A stretch of DNA of 64,000 nt from the human T2T-CHM13v2.0 reference genome, Homo sapiens, in assembly GCF_009914755.1 (NCBI RefSeq), contig NC_060935.1. One strand, 5' to 3'. This document shows positions 48,024 to 61,000 of this stretch, piece by piece. How positions within the stretch are numbered: position 1 is the stretch's first letter; every line of letters starts with the position of its first letter. Under the pieces are notes generated by a model, which ran no database searches, was not told the DNA's origin, and saw only the letters and a program-made list of their open reading frames with translations. A program made the position numbers and the translations under genes.

Positions 48024-48716
48024 TTACCTCCATAAAGGAACTAAAAAGAACCTCTCATTCTCGACGGCTCACAAGGGTTCAGGATCCACTTCATGGAGCA
48101 AGGGGAAAACACTGAAGGCAAAAGGCCACCATGTACAGGCATGCAGCAGGGACAGAAGAGCCTCCGATCTTCAGTTTTTGTCAGAAGCCACCTCCTGAGG
48201 TCTATGTGACACAGCCTGTGGGGAGTGGCTGCCGTGACGATGGGCACACACTCTCTCACATGTGTGTGTACACCATCTCCCATCCTGCCGGCTGCCTTTG
48301 CTGAAGTCTGTGCCAGAAGCAATGTGACTTTATCAGATGCACCCATTCTCCTGCTGAGAAAACTGAAGCCAGACCAGCAGGTGCTGGCGGCAGAGCCAGG
48401 ACCAGGAGGAAGCCAGGCTGGCCATTCCGTTCTTCCTGCTCAGCCTCCTCCGCCCCCTCCATGGACACTGTTTGTTTCAAAGGCAGGACCGGACTGAGGG
48501 TGATGTTGCTCGGGACCCGTCTCACCATCCATAGAACACTCCTCATTCTCCACATCCCCAGCTCAATGGCCAGAGAAGGCAACGGGGCAGACTGAAATTA
48601 GCTTATCAACACACACCATGCAAAATTATTCAGGAACAAAATTTAAAAATGCATTATGCCTCCTGGTTGAACCACAAAATGCTGTGACCAGTAAAAGCAT
48701 CAAAACCCAACATGAG

Positions 48717-49213
48717 GGCGGGCGTGGTGGCTCATGCCTGTAATCCCAGCACTTTGGGAGGCTGAGAAGGCTGGCAGATCACTTAAAGTCAGGAGTTCTA
48801 GACCAGCCTGGCCAACATGGTGAAACCCCATCTCTACCAAAAATATAAAAATTAGCCATGTGTGGTGGCATGCACCTATAGTCCCTGCTGCTCCAGAGAC
48901 TGAGGCAGGAGAATTGCCTGAACCTGGGAGGTGGAGGTTGCAGTGAGCCGAGATCACGCTCAGCTTGAGCCTGGTTCCAGTAGGCAACTTACAGAACCAT
49001 GACCTAAATAAATCAGGGTCAGCAAGAGACCGCCTATGGGCCAATTCTAGCCCAGGCCTGTTTTTATAAGTAAAGTTTTACTGGAATACAGCTGTGTCCA
49101 TTCCCTCATGTATTGCCTTTGACTGCTTTTTTGGAGACAAACTGTACAGCACATAAGCACAACATTTTTACTCCAGCCTGGTTGATAGAGCGAGACTCTT
49201 GTCTCAAAACAAA
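48717..49213 (+). mobile_element. AluS interrupted by a ~210-bp locally copied insert (48960-49170)
   Basis: Alu breaks after gagccgagatcacgc and resumes at actccagcctgg...gagcgagactc. Confidence 0.9.
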
Positions 49214-49379
49214 CTTACTTTAGCTTGGGTGACACAGTGAGACTCCATCTCAAAACAAACAAATAAACAAAACCCAATGTGGCACCTATGAGGTCTTTCT
49301 GTGCCCAGAGGGCAACACTGCAGGCAGCGGCCGGGAGGGACTTGGCGCAGGTGGGACTGCGCTGCGGGCCTGGGAGGCT

Positions 49380-49907
49380 GTCACAGTAATGGCTCCAATC
49401 AGTCATACCTCCTGGATCTAGCATTTTGGGAAGTCTTCTCCCACAGTGACCCTGGAAATGGTCACCGTTCGCTCTGGCCACATCAATAAACCCGAGGGGA
49501 CTGCAGCAAATGTGATGCAAGCAAATACTGCAGACCATGGCATCCTGAAGCTCCCCCTCTTGCTGCCCTTGGGAGCCCAGAACCACCAAGTAGCCAGTGG
49601 GCAATAAGGACTGAGTCCAGGGACTGAGCCCGGCTGTAGTGGGCAACTTGCAGAACCATGAGCTAAATAAATCAGGGTTGGCAAGCGACTGCCCAGGGGC
49701 CAATTCTAGCCCCAGCCTGTTTTTATAAGTAAAGTTTTTATTGGAACACAGCCATGCCCATTCCCTCATGTATTGCCTTTGACCACTGTTTTGGAGAGAC
49801 ACTGCACAGCACGCAAGCACGACATATTTACTATCCAGCCCTGAAATGAACAGGTGTTTTACCCTTTGTCTGGGGTGGTCTGTTATGCAGCAAAGGTTAA
49901 CTAACAC
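49380..49907 (+). mobile_element. MLT1-type LTR with nested MER58-like element (~49672-49860)
   Basis: agaaccatgagctaaataaat | MER58 | ggggtggtctgttatgcagcaaaggttaactaacac. Confidence 0.7.
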
Positions 49908-50739
49908 GACCCTCAACTTAACAGTGGCTTATTAGATAGCTGTCGTTATCTCCAACCTAAAGATCACAAAGCCGAGGGCTGCAGCGAAGGATCCAGTCAC
50001 TTGCCCAGATCACATCGTGGCACTTACAGGGAGGTTCCGGCAAAGCAGGAGTTAATCCTGTTTGTCTAACACCAAAGGCCCCAAGCCCACCACAATGCAG
50101 GCTTTATAGGAGGGCCCCTAACTGAATCACTAGCTGTAGAGCCTACCCCATCTCCCCTTCCCAGGCTCCCCACCTCCTCTCTCTCTCTTTGGTAAAAGAC
50201 GGCAGGATGAGATTTCTGATGAACAAAGGTTCATCCATGTTAGGAAAAGCCACTGAGGGCCACGAAGGCCGAAAAGGATGAACACACACCACTACCCAGG
50301 CTGGGGTGTGGTAGAGCAGCCCAGCCACCTGGAGTTCCCATGGGATAAGGGGGCCCCCTCCCAAGGGGCTCTCCCTGTGACACACAGACTCACCTCTGTC
50401 CCCAGGCCCTGCATACATGCACACACGGACTGAGGGTGGGACTCAGGGGGCCCCCAATGTTGCCGATGTCCCTTGCAAGAGCTGGGAGGCTGCTGCTGGG
50501 CACCCCATCATCCTGAATCCCTGAACCCTACGCACTCATGATGCCCACGTGGGAGGCTCTGCAGAGAACAGGTGGAGACCCCAGCATTCCCTGCTCTGCC
50601 TGTAACAGGACCTGTGTGCAAACCTGAGGTCTCAACAGGCCAGTGGGCAGCCCTGACAAGACAGGCACTTTATAGACCCAACAATCCAACACAGATAATG
50701 CAAACATCACCACTAATGACAGTAAGAACAGTTGGCGGT

Positions 50740-50890
50740 ACGTGGATGCTTACCATAGTCTCAGCTTTACATAAATTACCTTATTTAATGCTCACAGCTA
50801 CCTGAGATATGTTAGTACCCTCATTTCAAGGATAAGAAAACCAAGGCCCAGAGAGGCCAACTGGCCTGTCCAAGGTCACACAGCAACACA
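50740..50890 (-). mobile_element. MIR
   Basis: ttatttaatgctcacagc...catttcaaggataagaaaaccaaggcccagagagg...ccaaggtcacacagc. Confidence 0.8.
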
Positions 50891-51288
50891 GCAGAGCTGC
50901 TCTGCACCGCAACGTACCACTTACTGAAGCAAGGAAAATGAACCCAACACTCCCCAAAGCCCAAAGATGTCGAGGTAAGAGCGGAGAGGCCAGAGGCCCC
51001 TCCTGGCCAGTGCTATGCTCCCTCTGTGGCCCAAATTCTCCAGGCAGATCACCCATCACCACAGCCTAGAGAACAGTGTGCTGAAACACAGTGACACTCA
51101 ACTCTGCTGGGCAAATGCACTGTCTGTGGCCAGAGCTTGCTCGAGTCAATCAGCAGAAGCGTTGAAGAGCTGGGGCCCTCTGTGTCCTCTCTGTCCCTAT
51201 GCTGACTGCACCTGCCACAGAGGACTCTCCCCAGAAGAGGAGCTGTCCAGACACACAGTCACAGGGACAGACTTCATTCATGGGAAGA

Positions 51289-51410
51289 TGTAGGGGTGGG
51301 TTGCCCCTACACACCTGTGGGTGTTTCTCGTAAGGTGGGACGAGAGATTTGGAAAAGAAAAAGACACAGAGACAAAGTATAGAGAAAGAAATAAGGGGAC
51401 CCGGGGAACC
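51289..51410 (-). mobile_element. HERV-K(HML-2) LTR5_Hs, terminal 122 bp (U5 end) only
   Basis: Minus strand GGTTCCCCGGGTCCCCTTATTTCTTTCTCTATACTTTGTCTCTGTGTC...CCCACAGGTGTGTAGGGGCAACCCACCCCTACA matches the HML-2 LTR 3' end as I recall it; terminal CA intact. Confidence 0.92.
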
Positions 51411-51624
51411 CAACTCACGGTTTCACAAGCATTTTGTTCACAAATGCTCAGGGGTCTTGAGCAAGGACTGGCTGTCAACAGATGACCGGGAGGGGCCGCC
51501 AGGCAGGCCAAGAGGGAGGACTCACTGGAGTGAAGGAGATTAAATGCTCCCATCCCTTTCTGTTCTACTGGTTGTAACACGCAACATGCTACATGGGCTC
51601 AAAGCCCCAGCCAATGCACCTCTC

Positions 51625-51735
51625 TGGAGCTCAGTTTCCCCTTCGGTGAAATGGGCATTAAAATACTCCCAGAGAGCAACTGGTGATTCCATGAGACCAT
51701 ATGCACAAAGCTCCTGGCTCACAGCAGGTACTGAA
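51625..51735 (+). mobile_element. MIR
   Basis: ctctctggagctcagtttccccttcggtgaaatggg. Confidence 0.65.
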
Positions 51736-51855
51736 ATGTCCTCCAACAATGTCTGCAGATAATACGTTAATAATGATAATGATGATGACTGACTAAGCTA
51801 CCTACAAAGATACAGGTCACTCTATGTTATTACTGCACTGTTAATGGTAAAAAAA

Positions 51856-52163
51856 TTTTTTTTTTTGAGACAGGGCCTCACTATGCTGCCCAGGCTGGAG
51901 TGCATTGGCACCATCTCAGCTCACAGCAGCCTCGACCTTTCCAGGCTCAGGTGATCCTTCCACATCAGCCTCCCGAGAAGCTGGGACTACAGGCACACAC
52001 CACCATGCCCAGCTAATACTTGTTTTTTGTTTTGTCTTGTTTTCTAGAGACAGGGTTTTGCTGTATTGCCCAGGCTGGTCTCAAACTGCTCTTAAGCAAG
52101 CCACCTACCCACATCGGCCTCCCAGGGTGCTGGGACTACAGGCATGAGCCACCATACCTGGCC
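51856..52163 (-). mobile_element. AluJ
   Basis: cagcagcctcgacc...ggctcaggtgatcc. Confidence 0.92.
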
Positions 52164-53035
52164 AAGAAGTCATTTTTGCCTCTACATGTGGAGTGTCCTG
52201 CAGCTGGCTGGATGGTCTGTGACCTCAGAGGCATTTCCTTTCGTTCAGAAAATCACCCAACCCACCCCAGGCCACTAAGCCCACCAGGCACAGGCTACGT
52301 CTCGCAGGGCGTCTGCCAGGTGTCTCAGGCAACCACACATCCCCGGGAGCTGGGCAAACACCAGGCAGTGGCCAGAAAGCCATCTGAATATCCAAGGGTC
52401 TCCATGAATGTTCAATAGTAATATGATACTAATTCTAGACTGCTTCTGGTAAGAACCTCGTTCTTCGGGAGAATGAACTCCAGAAGCTATTTAACCAGGC
52501 TTGGTCTACAAAGAGCCTGCCACGGGGTACTTGGAGGCTTGTCAGGATAGGGATTCTCGGATCCAGCATAAAACCTGCTGAAAACCCGCTGCGGGACCCA
52601 GACACGGTGTATCTTCTCCCGAGGTCCATTGTTCTCCAAGAGGTTTGGACCTGGACTTTCCAGAGCCAGCAGTGCAGAACCCTGATTAATTCTCAATGAG
52701 CTCTGGGGTCCTGCCCACACTCGGGTCTCTCTGAGTGACAAGCCGTGACAAGCTGTCCTAGTCCATCTTCTCTCCCTAGCCCCTCTCCTGTTCCTCCAAA
52801 CAGAGTCTTTGCTGCTAACTCAAAGGAAGCACATCAGCAGGAAGGGGGCTCCCTTCAAGGGTGAGAAGGTGGCGGTGGAGGCGGGGACACTGCAGGCCAG
52901 GGGGCCAAGCAAGAAGGGGCAGACCCCAGCCCCTAGAGAATGAAGGTTACAAATCCAGGCTGCCCCATAGCAATATAATTGGAGTCACAAATGTAATTTT
53001 AAATTTCCTAGGAGACACATCAAAAAAATAAAATG

Positions 53036-53255
53036 GGCTGGGCATGGGGGCTCATGCCTGTAAATACCAACACTTTGGGAGGCTGAGGTGGGAGGATCGC
53101 TTGAGCTCAGGAGTTTGAGGCCAGCCTGGGCAACACAGGGAGACCCCTCTAAAAAAACAATTAGCCAGGTGTGGTGGTGTGCACCTGTAGTCTGTGTGTC
53201 TGTGGTCCCAACTCCTTGGGAGGCTGAGGTGAGAGGATTGCTTGAGCCACGGAGG
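53036..53255 (+). mobile_element. AluJ, 3'-truncated, with short internal duplication
   Basis: Left arm plus part of right arm; no tail. Confidence 0.85.
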
Positions 53256-53319
53256 TCCATTCAGAAAATGGAAAGCTGAGTGGTCGATGAACCGGAACTG
53301 GGAGCAGCTTTCTATGAAT

Positions 53320-53700
53320 CAGAGAAAATGCAAGTTAAAAGGAGACACCATTTCCCACGCATTAGACTGGTAAATATCAGGAAATACCAAGTCTTGCTGA
53401 GGAGGAGGGGCCCAGGGAGTTCTCACACCATGTGGGTGGGATTGTAACTTGGTACAACCCCTGGGAAAGCAATTTGAGAACACTGGTGAAAGCTAGCTCT
53501 GTGCACGGTGAAAGCCCCGGGCTAGGCAACTTCTCCTCTAAGGAGGTACCCGGGGAAGCCCCGCCAGCCCTGCATAGAAGAATGTTCCCTGCAGCACAGT
53601 CTGAAAGAACAAGATCCTGAAAACAACCCAAATGTCAACAGGAAGAGAAAGAATAAAATGCGGTTAACCATTCCATAGAATGTATAAACTGAGCTACATG
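53320..53700 (+). mobile_element. L1ME remnant
   Basis: gaaaatgcaagttaaaa...ttggtacaacccctgggaaagcaattt...gaaaacaacccaaatgtcaaca. Confidence 0.6.
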
Positions 53701-54299
53701 ATCAACTCAGGGTGGATTTTTTTAAGTGACTATTAAGGAAACATCAAGGCAAAGCTTCCAGCGAGCGGGAAGTGCCCGGAAGCCCCGCTTCCCCTGCCCC
53801 ACACAGGCGACCCAAGGCCCCATGGGACAAACAAACACGTACCTTCGCCAGCAACTGCATATGAGATCAGCAAATGACCCATTGCACAATCAGCCTGCGT
53901 TTAAGATCATGAGGCAACCGGAAAGCATCTAATCAGTTAATCAGCTACATTTTGCAGGAGACACTCTCCCCCCTGCTACTGTCTCTGGTCCCTGTTTTTC
54001 TTGGGATCCAGCTCTAGGCTGGGGCTGAACCCACAAAGATGAGACACCCCCACCAGGTTCCCAGGGAGCAGCACCTTGCCTCACTGGAAGACACCAGACA
54101 TGGGAAGGAGTCATGTCCCACAATTTCTCCCACACTCAGGGTCACCCCTACTTTCTCCTGAGACCCATGAAGAAAGGTGGGGCCTCCTTCTGTGAGAAAG
54201 CAGCCTAGGCTGGAGCGAGTGGGTAAAAGATCTCAGCTTTAGTATCTCAAGACCAGACGGGCCTGGGGCTGGACGCTGCTTTTGAAGGTGTTTTCTAAA

Positions 54300-54805
54300 A
54301 GCAAGGACTCAAGATACTTGCACAACCATGTTCGCAGTAGCATTATTCACAACAGCCAGAGGGTGAAGCCACCCAGGTCCTCAAGGATGGATGAATGTAT
54401 AAACAAAATGTGGCCCATCCACACAATGGAATATTACTCAGCCACAAAAAGGAAGGAAATTCTGACACACGCTACAACATGGATGAGGCTTGAGAACATT
54501 ATGCTGAGTGAATTAAGCCAGACTCAAAAAGACAAACACTGCATGATTCCACTTGGATGAGGTCCCTACAGAAGTCAAAGAGACAGAAAACAGACTGGTG
54601 GTCGCCAGGGGCTGGGAGAAGGGGGCTGGTTTGCTAGTGTTTAGTGGGGACGTAGTTTCAGTTCTGCAAGCTGAAGAGTTCTACAGATACATGGTGACGA
54701 TGGCTGCAGAGCACGATGAGCATCCTTAATGCCTCAGAACTACACACCTAAAAATGGTGAAAAGGGTAACTTTTTATGTTATAGGTATTTTGCACAATTT
54801 ATAAA
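54300..54805 (+). mobile_element. L1MA/MB 3' end
   Basis: ORF 54282-54560 MDECINKMWPIHTMEYYSATKRKEIL...LSELSQTQKDK is L1 ORF2 C-terminal-like. Confidence 0.9.
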
Positions 54806-54839
54806 ATGTGCATTGGGAAAAAAAGTGCTCTCAATTTCC

Positions 54840-55125
54840 ACTGAACTCTTCCTGTATCACACACCGCTTCCTTTACCTCCTTTAAGTGTTTGCTCAAGGA
54901 CCGCTACCTCAATGCAGCTCACCCCGACCATCCTGCTAAAACAGCAGCCCCCCTGGCTCCCAGCCCCCACCAGCAAGCTCTCCTTTCCTCCCACACTACA
55001 TCACTGCTTATTTATGATCTCCTTTAATTATTGTTTGCTCCCCTGGCGAGGATGTCGACCCTACAAGGGCAGAAATATTTGTCTGTCTGGTTCACTGTTG
55101 TATCCCAGAGTCTAGAGCAGCCTAG
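54840..55125 (+). mobile_element. L2 3' region
   Basis: aagggcagaaatatttgtctgtctggttcactgttgtatcccagagtctagagcagcctagca. Confidence 0.7.
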
Positions 55126-56453
<1,328 letters not shown>

Positions 56454-56835
56454 AGGCTTCCTTGGGCAGCCAGACACCTACAAAGTCCTCTCCACTCTCC
56501 TGTCTACACTTGCAAGCCTGCCTCACTCTATAAATTGGCCAGGCTGCTCTCTCAGAGTCTCCTAAACTGCCTTAGGCTCTGCCAGCCTCCTTGACCCCAC
56601 AGCCTGGAAGGTGCCTCTGCATGCTCCCACCATCCTAGACCCCACAATCAGAGGGCCTGCCCCTGGGGTCGGAACCAGCTGGTGGCTGTCTGAAGCCCCT
56701 GACTAAACTCCACAGACATATCCTGAACGACAAGAAAAGGTACATGCATCATTCAAAGCACCCTTTGGACCACATGGCACAGCCAGCTTTCAAACGGGAC
56801 CCATGCACTGACAAGGCGGATCACACGCTCCTCCC

Positions 56836-57901
56836 AGAGGCTCTCAGCGTGCAGCCCCGGGAACCAGCCTATTCGAGAGATCTATGAAGTCAAACCATTC
56901 TCATCATAACACTGAGATGGGAGCTGCTTTTTCAAGCTCATCCTCTCCCAAGTGCACAACGGAAGCTACAAAACTTGTGATATTGCAACAAGCTGACTGC
57001 AGGAGCAGATACGGGAACCCAGCTGTCTTCCATTAAACCTCACAGCAAAAAGACCACAAAAATGTTAAACAATGCCACTCTTCTCACCAAGTGTTTTTTT
57101 GTTGTTGTTGAGATGGACTGTCACTCTGTTGCCCAGGCTAGAGTGCAGTGGGGCAATCTTGGCTCACTGCAACCTCCGCCTGCCGGGTTCAAGTGATCTC
57201 TTGTGCCTTAGCCTTCTGAGTAGCTGGGACTACAAGTGTGCCCCACTGTGCCTGGCTAATTTTTGTATTTTTAGTGGAGATGGGGTTTCACCATTTTGGC
57301 CAGGCTGGTCTCGAACTCCTGACCTCAAGTGATCCACCCGTCTCGGCCTCCCAAAGTGCTGGGGTTACAGGTGTGAGCCACTGCACTATTTTTTTTCCTC
57401 ACTCTGTCACCCAGGCTAGAGTACAGTGGCGTGATCACGGCTCACTGCAACATCGACCTCTCAGGCTCAGGTAATCCTCCCACCTCAGCTTCCTGAGTAG
57501 CTGGGACCACAGGTGCGTGCCACTACACCTGGCTAATTTTTTATTTTTTGTAGAGATGGGGTCTCATTATATTGCCTAGGCTGGTCTCAAATTCCTGGCC
57601 TCAAGCAATCCTCCTGCCTCAGCCTCCCAAAGTGCTGGGATTACAGGCCTGAGCCACCTCGACCGGCCTCACCAAGTGTTTTTCTTATTTTGAAAATAGT
57701 TGTTATCCATAAAAACACATTATTTATACCAACATGTCATGAGTTTATTACTATTTTTAAATGCATTAATAATTAGATATTTGTAAATTCTAATAGCGTA
57801 AATAACAATAGATTCGTGCTCATACATAAAAAGCTTCTGGGTCCTTCAAAATGCTAAGAGAGCAAAAAAGATTCCTTAAGCTAGAAGTCTGACAACCACT
57901 G
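56836..57901. mobile_element. hAT-Charlie element (Charlie4-like) containing two tandem minus-strand Alus (57095-57389, 57390-57667)
   Basis: gaagtcaaaccattctcatcataac...cagctgtcttccattaa...aatgccactcttctcac; one TSD ctcaccaagtgttttt brackets both Alus. Confidence 0.7.
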
Positions 57902-60839
57902 TGCTACCTCATCTGCTTTACCTGAAAGTGAACAGAAAAATAAACTGGTGTGCCACCCAGGAGGCAATCTGGAGGCCGGGGAAGCGACCGGTGCCTTCTT
58001 CTGCACGGTGGAGTGGGCAGCCGCCAGGTGTGGATCCCAGCTGGGCCACACGACCTTCGGCAAGTTCAGCCACTGGAGCTGAATGACCCTCGAGGGAGGG
58101 AAAGTCCAGAACCAAGACGAGGGGCAGTAGCGACGCCATCGGGTCAGTATCTTCCCCTGCCAAAGTCCCCTGGTCCATGCTTGGGGCCACTGTAGGACCT
58201 TGAAATGCAGACAGGAGCAAGGCGTGGTCCCTTTCCTGGGGGACCTGTCCACCTCGTGAGGAGGGGTCAGACAGGAGCCCGGCTGGCCCAGGGGCAAATG
58301 CCTCTAGTTTGCAGGCCCCTGTACGGGAAGAGGGGAGTGGAGCAGATTCTTCAAATCCCAGGGACATTTGTGCGGGGTGGCAGGAAAAACATGGACAGGA
58401 ACGGCTGAGCCCTATGCTCTCAGGGGTACAAATGAGGCCACAGAAGCATCCCCCTCCACTCCCCAGGAAGCCTGCATTCTCCCCAGGGAAGGAATCCAGG
58501 GCAGGATTTTCAGGAAAGACAGGCTTGGAAGCTCATTTCCCACCTCCCAGGAGCCCGGAAGTCTGTGTCAGCTCCAGGTCTGGAAACCCAGGATGCCCTG
58601 CACCCCATTCCTTGGGCCCTAAGCCTCCCAGGACCCACCCCAGTGGACCAGGGAGCAGACTGCCAGCTGTCCAGACTCTTGGCCATTCCCCACCCCCACC
58701 GAGGACTCTAGGTGCTGACTCTGGATTCTCCTTGAGAAGAGGAGGGGACTGATGAGCCGGAGTGAGGAAGACGTGGGGCAGGACACCCCCAAGTCTGCAG
58801 GGAGGCAGCAAAGCCTGGCAGTATGCAGAGCACACACCTGGCATCACATGTCACTGCCTTCACGTAAGTATCATCACTGTCCCCAGGTAAGAATCACCTG
58901 CAGGACCTTGAGTACAGGTGTAATCTTGTGAACTAAGATCTCCCTTGCAGGGGGCTTCAAACTGAGGTGCAAGGACCCTTTCCACGTAGACCCAGCTCAG
59001 TCTAAAGGGTAGCCAAGTCTTTCCTGAAATTGCTCAGTGGAGAAAGGCCTTGGATCCCCTGCCCACCTCCCCTCCCTAACATCCCTGAGGCTCTTTTACA
59101 TAAGAAAGGCATAGCTATCCCCCGGAAGCTGGTGAGGGGGTGGTGCAGCTCCAGGTGAAGGGCCCTCCTGATACCAAAACAAAAGGGCTAATGCAACTAG
59201 GGCTTCAATTAAAACACCAAAAACACCCACTGCCTTCTCACTCAGAGAGGCAGCTCCAGTAACAGCTCCCCTTTTCCATTTCTAAAAATCTGTAATATAT
59301 TTATAGTTTTTGACCAACTGCGCCCCAGCAATGACTGTACAGCTTTTTCAATTCAGAAGTAATTTTTTTAAATACTTAGCAACTCCAGGTCATGGGAAAT
59401 TTTATGAAAGTCAATTTATGTATATTTTTCGTGCAGAGAAGTATGCTAGGTTGATTAATAAAAGACCCATGAGCATAAAAGTCTATTACATTAGGATAAA
59501 ATTCTTTGGGGAAGTGGCTGTATAAATTCAAGAAAAGAACGATGAAAATGTCCTAAAGCTCACTTACGTATCCGTCAAGAAAAAGTGGCTGTGAGTCACG
59601 ATGGGTTTATATCACAGTGGGTAAAGAGTCAGGCAACAGTTCCTTTTAAAATATCGATATTTACCTCACAGAGGTACCGTAGCCTTTACAAATATTTAAA
59701 CCTATAAAGAAAAATTTTAGACGTTGACTTTAAAATGTGTGAGAAGCTTGGTAAATGATGAATGGCACAATCTGAAAGGAGTTTACTGGCAATTGTTTCA
59801 GCTTTGCTGGATATTTGAATTTTTCATAAAAAATTGTTGCAGAAAATGTATGAGAGAACAAGCTGTTTTTTTTAAAAAAAACAACACTTTCAGGGACAGA
59901 CAAAAAAAAAAAAATGGAAGAGGCAGGCCCCAGCCCAGCAGGGCCATGGCAGAGCTGCAGTGCTTATGACCTCTAATGCACGCCTCCTGGGGGGTCTCTG
60001 GTGAGGCCTTTCTAAGTCCAGCAACTCAGGGCTGCTCCAGCTGATCTTCCTCTCCCTCTGGGGGAGCTCCCGTGCTGCCTTTCTGCTGCAGCAGAATTTC
60101 TGGGACGGGGAGCCAGGAGCCCTTCTGCATTCCACCATTTGGAATCTGCAGCCTCAGATTGGGAGTTTGTGGCCTAATTCCATTCACACGCCCCTCACTG
60201 AGCTAACCCCAGAGTCGCTACCATACCCAGCAAGGACAATTTTAAAACACTGTCCCCAGTCGTGCTCTGGTGCAGTGCCGGGTTTGGCAATGACATCTGG
60301 CAGCCAATCGGGGAGCCCAGCATGTCCCTGCTGCTGCCAGCAAACTCCTGGCAGCCCCACAGGCTTTTAAGAACTTAATCTCCCAGGGAGCGAGCTGCGT
60401 TTCAGCCAGTCCCTCCCTGAAGGCCCATCCCCGGCATATGTGCATCCAGAGAGACCCAGGCTATGGTCCCTAAACCCAGGGCAGGCTCTGGGTAGTGGGC
60501 ATGGGCCCATTGTCCCCCGCCCTGCAAAGAACAGAAACCCTAGAATGCAGGGAAGGCTTGCATCAGAGGCGACTGTACCCCAAAGCCCAGCATCAGTACT
60601 GGCGCCATGGCCAAGGAGACAGCCGTCCATCAGCGGCATCAAACCAGTCCTTGAATCTGCCTTCAACAATGGAAAACGTGGGGCACATCAAGAAGTATGA
60701 TGAGAAACTGGTTTTCACCTGCTGACCGCAGCGCGATTTCACAGCACGGGAACCAGAAGACTAATTTTCTAACCGCTGCCTGGCGGCTTTCTCCAGCTGG
60801 GCAGCGTGCATTTAACCACCGGGCGGTGTGGGGTCAAGG

Positions 60840-61000
60840 GCTCCCCTACCCACTAGCTGTGTGGGCTAAGGCAAGCGGCTTCACTCCTCTGAGCTTCAAG
60901 CTTCTGATCTGTGAAATGGGAATCGTAATGAATCGGAGCTGGCTCATTGGACTTCTGAGATTTACTGAGGGAATAAATAGCAAGAGTGTGGCACTAATGC
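60840..61000 (+). mobile_element. MIR
   Basis: ccactagctgtgtgggctaaggcaagcggcttcactcctctgagcttcaagcttctgatctgtgaaatggg. Confidence 0.8.

Noticed and set aside
51289-51410. SVA element or HML-2 provirus start
   Set aside because: No hexamer, VNTR or poly-A; the segment lies 3' of the part SVA carries; no TGGTGCCC-type PBS follows the terminal CA.
58948-59830. Possible old hAT transposon remnant in an AT-rich stretch
   Set aside because: Only a TIR-like start; the family could not be supported without a Dfam search.
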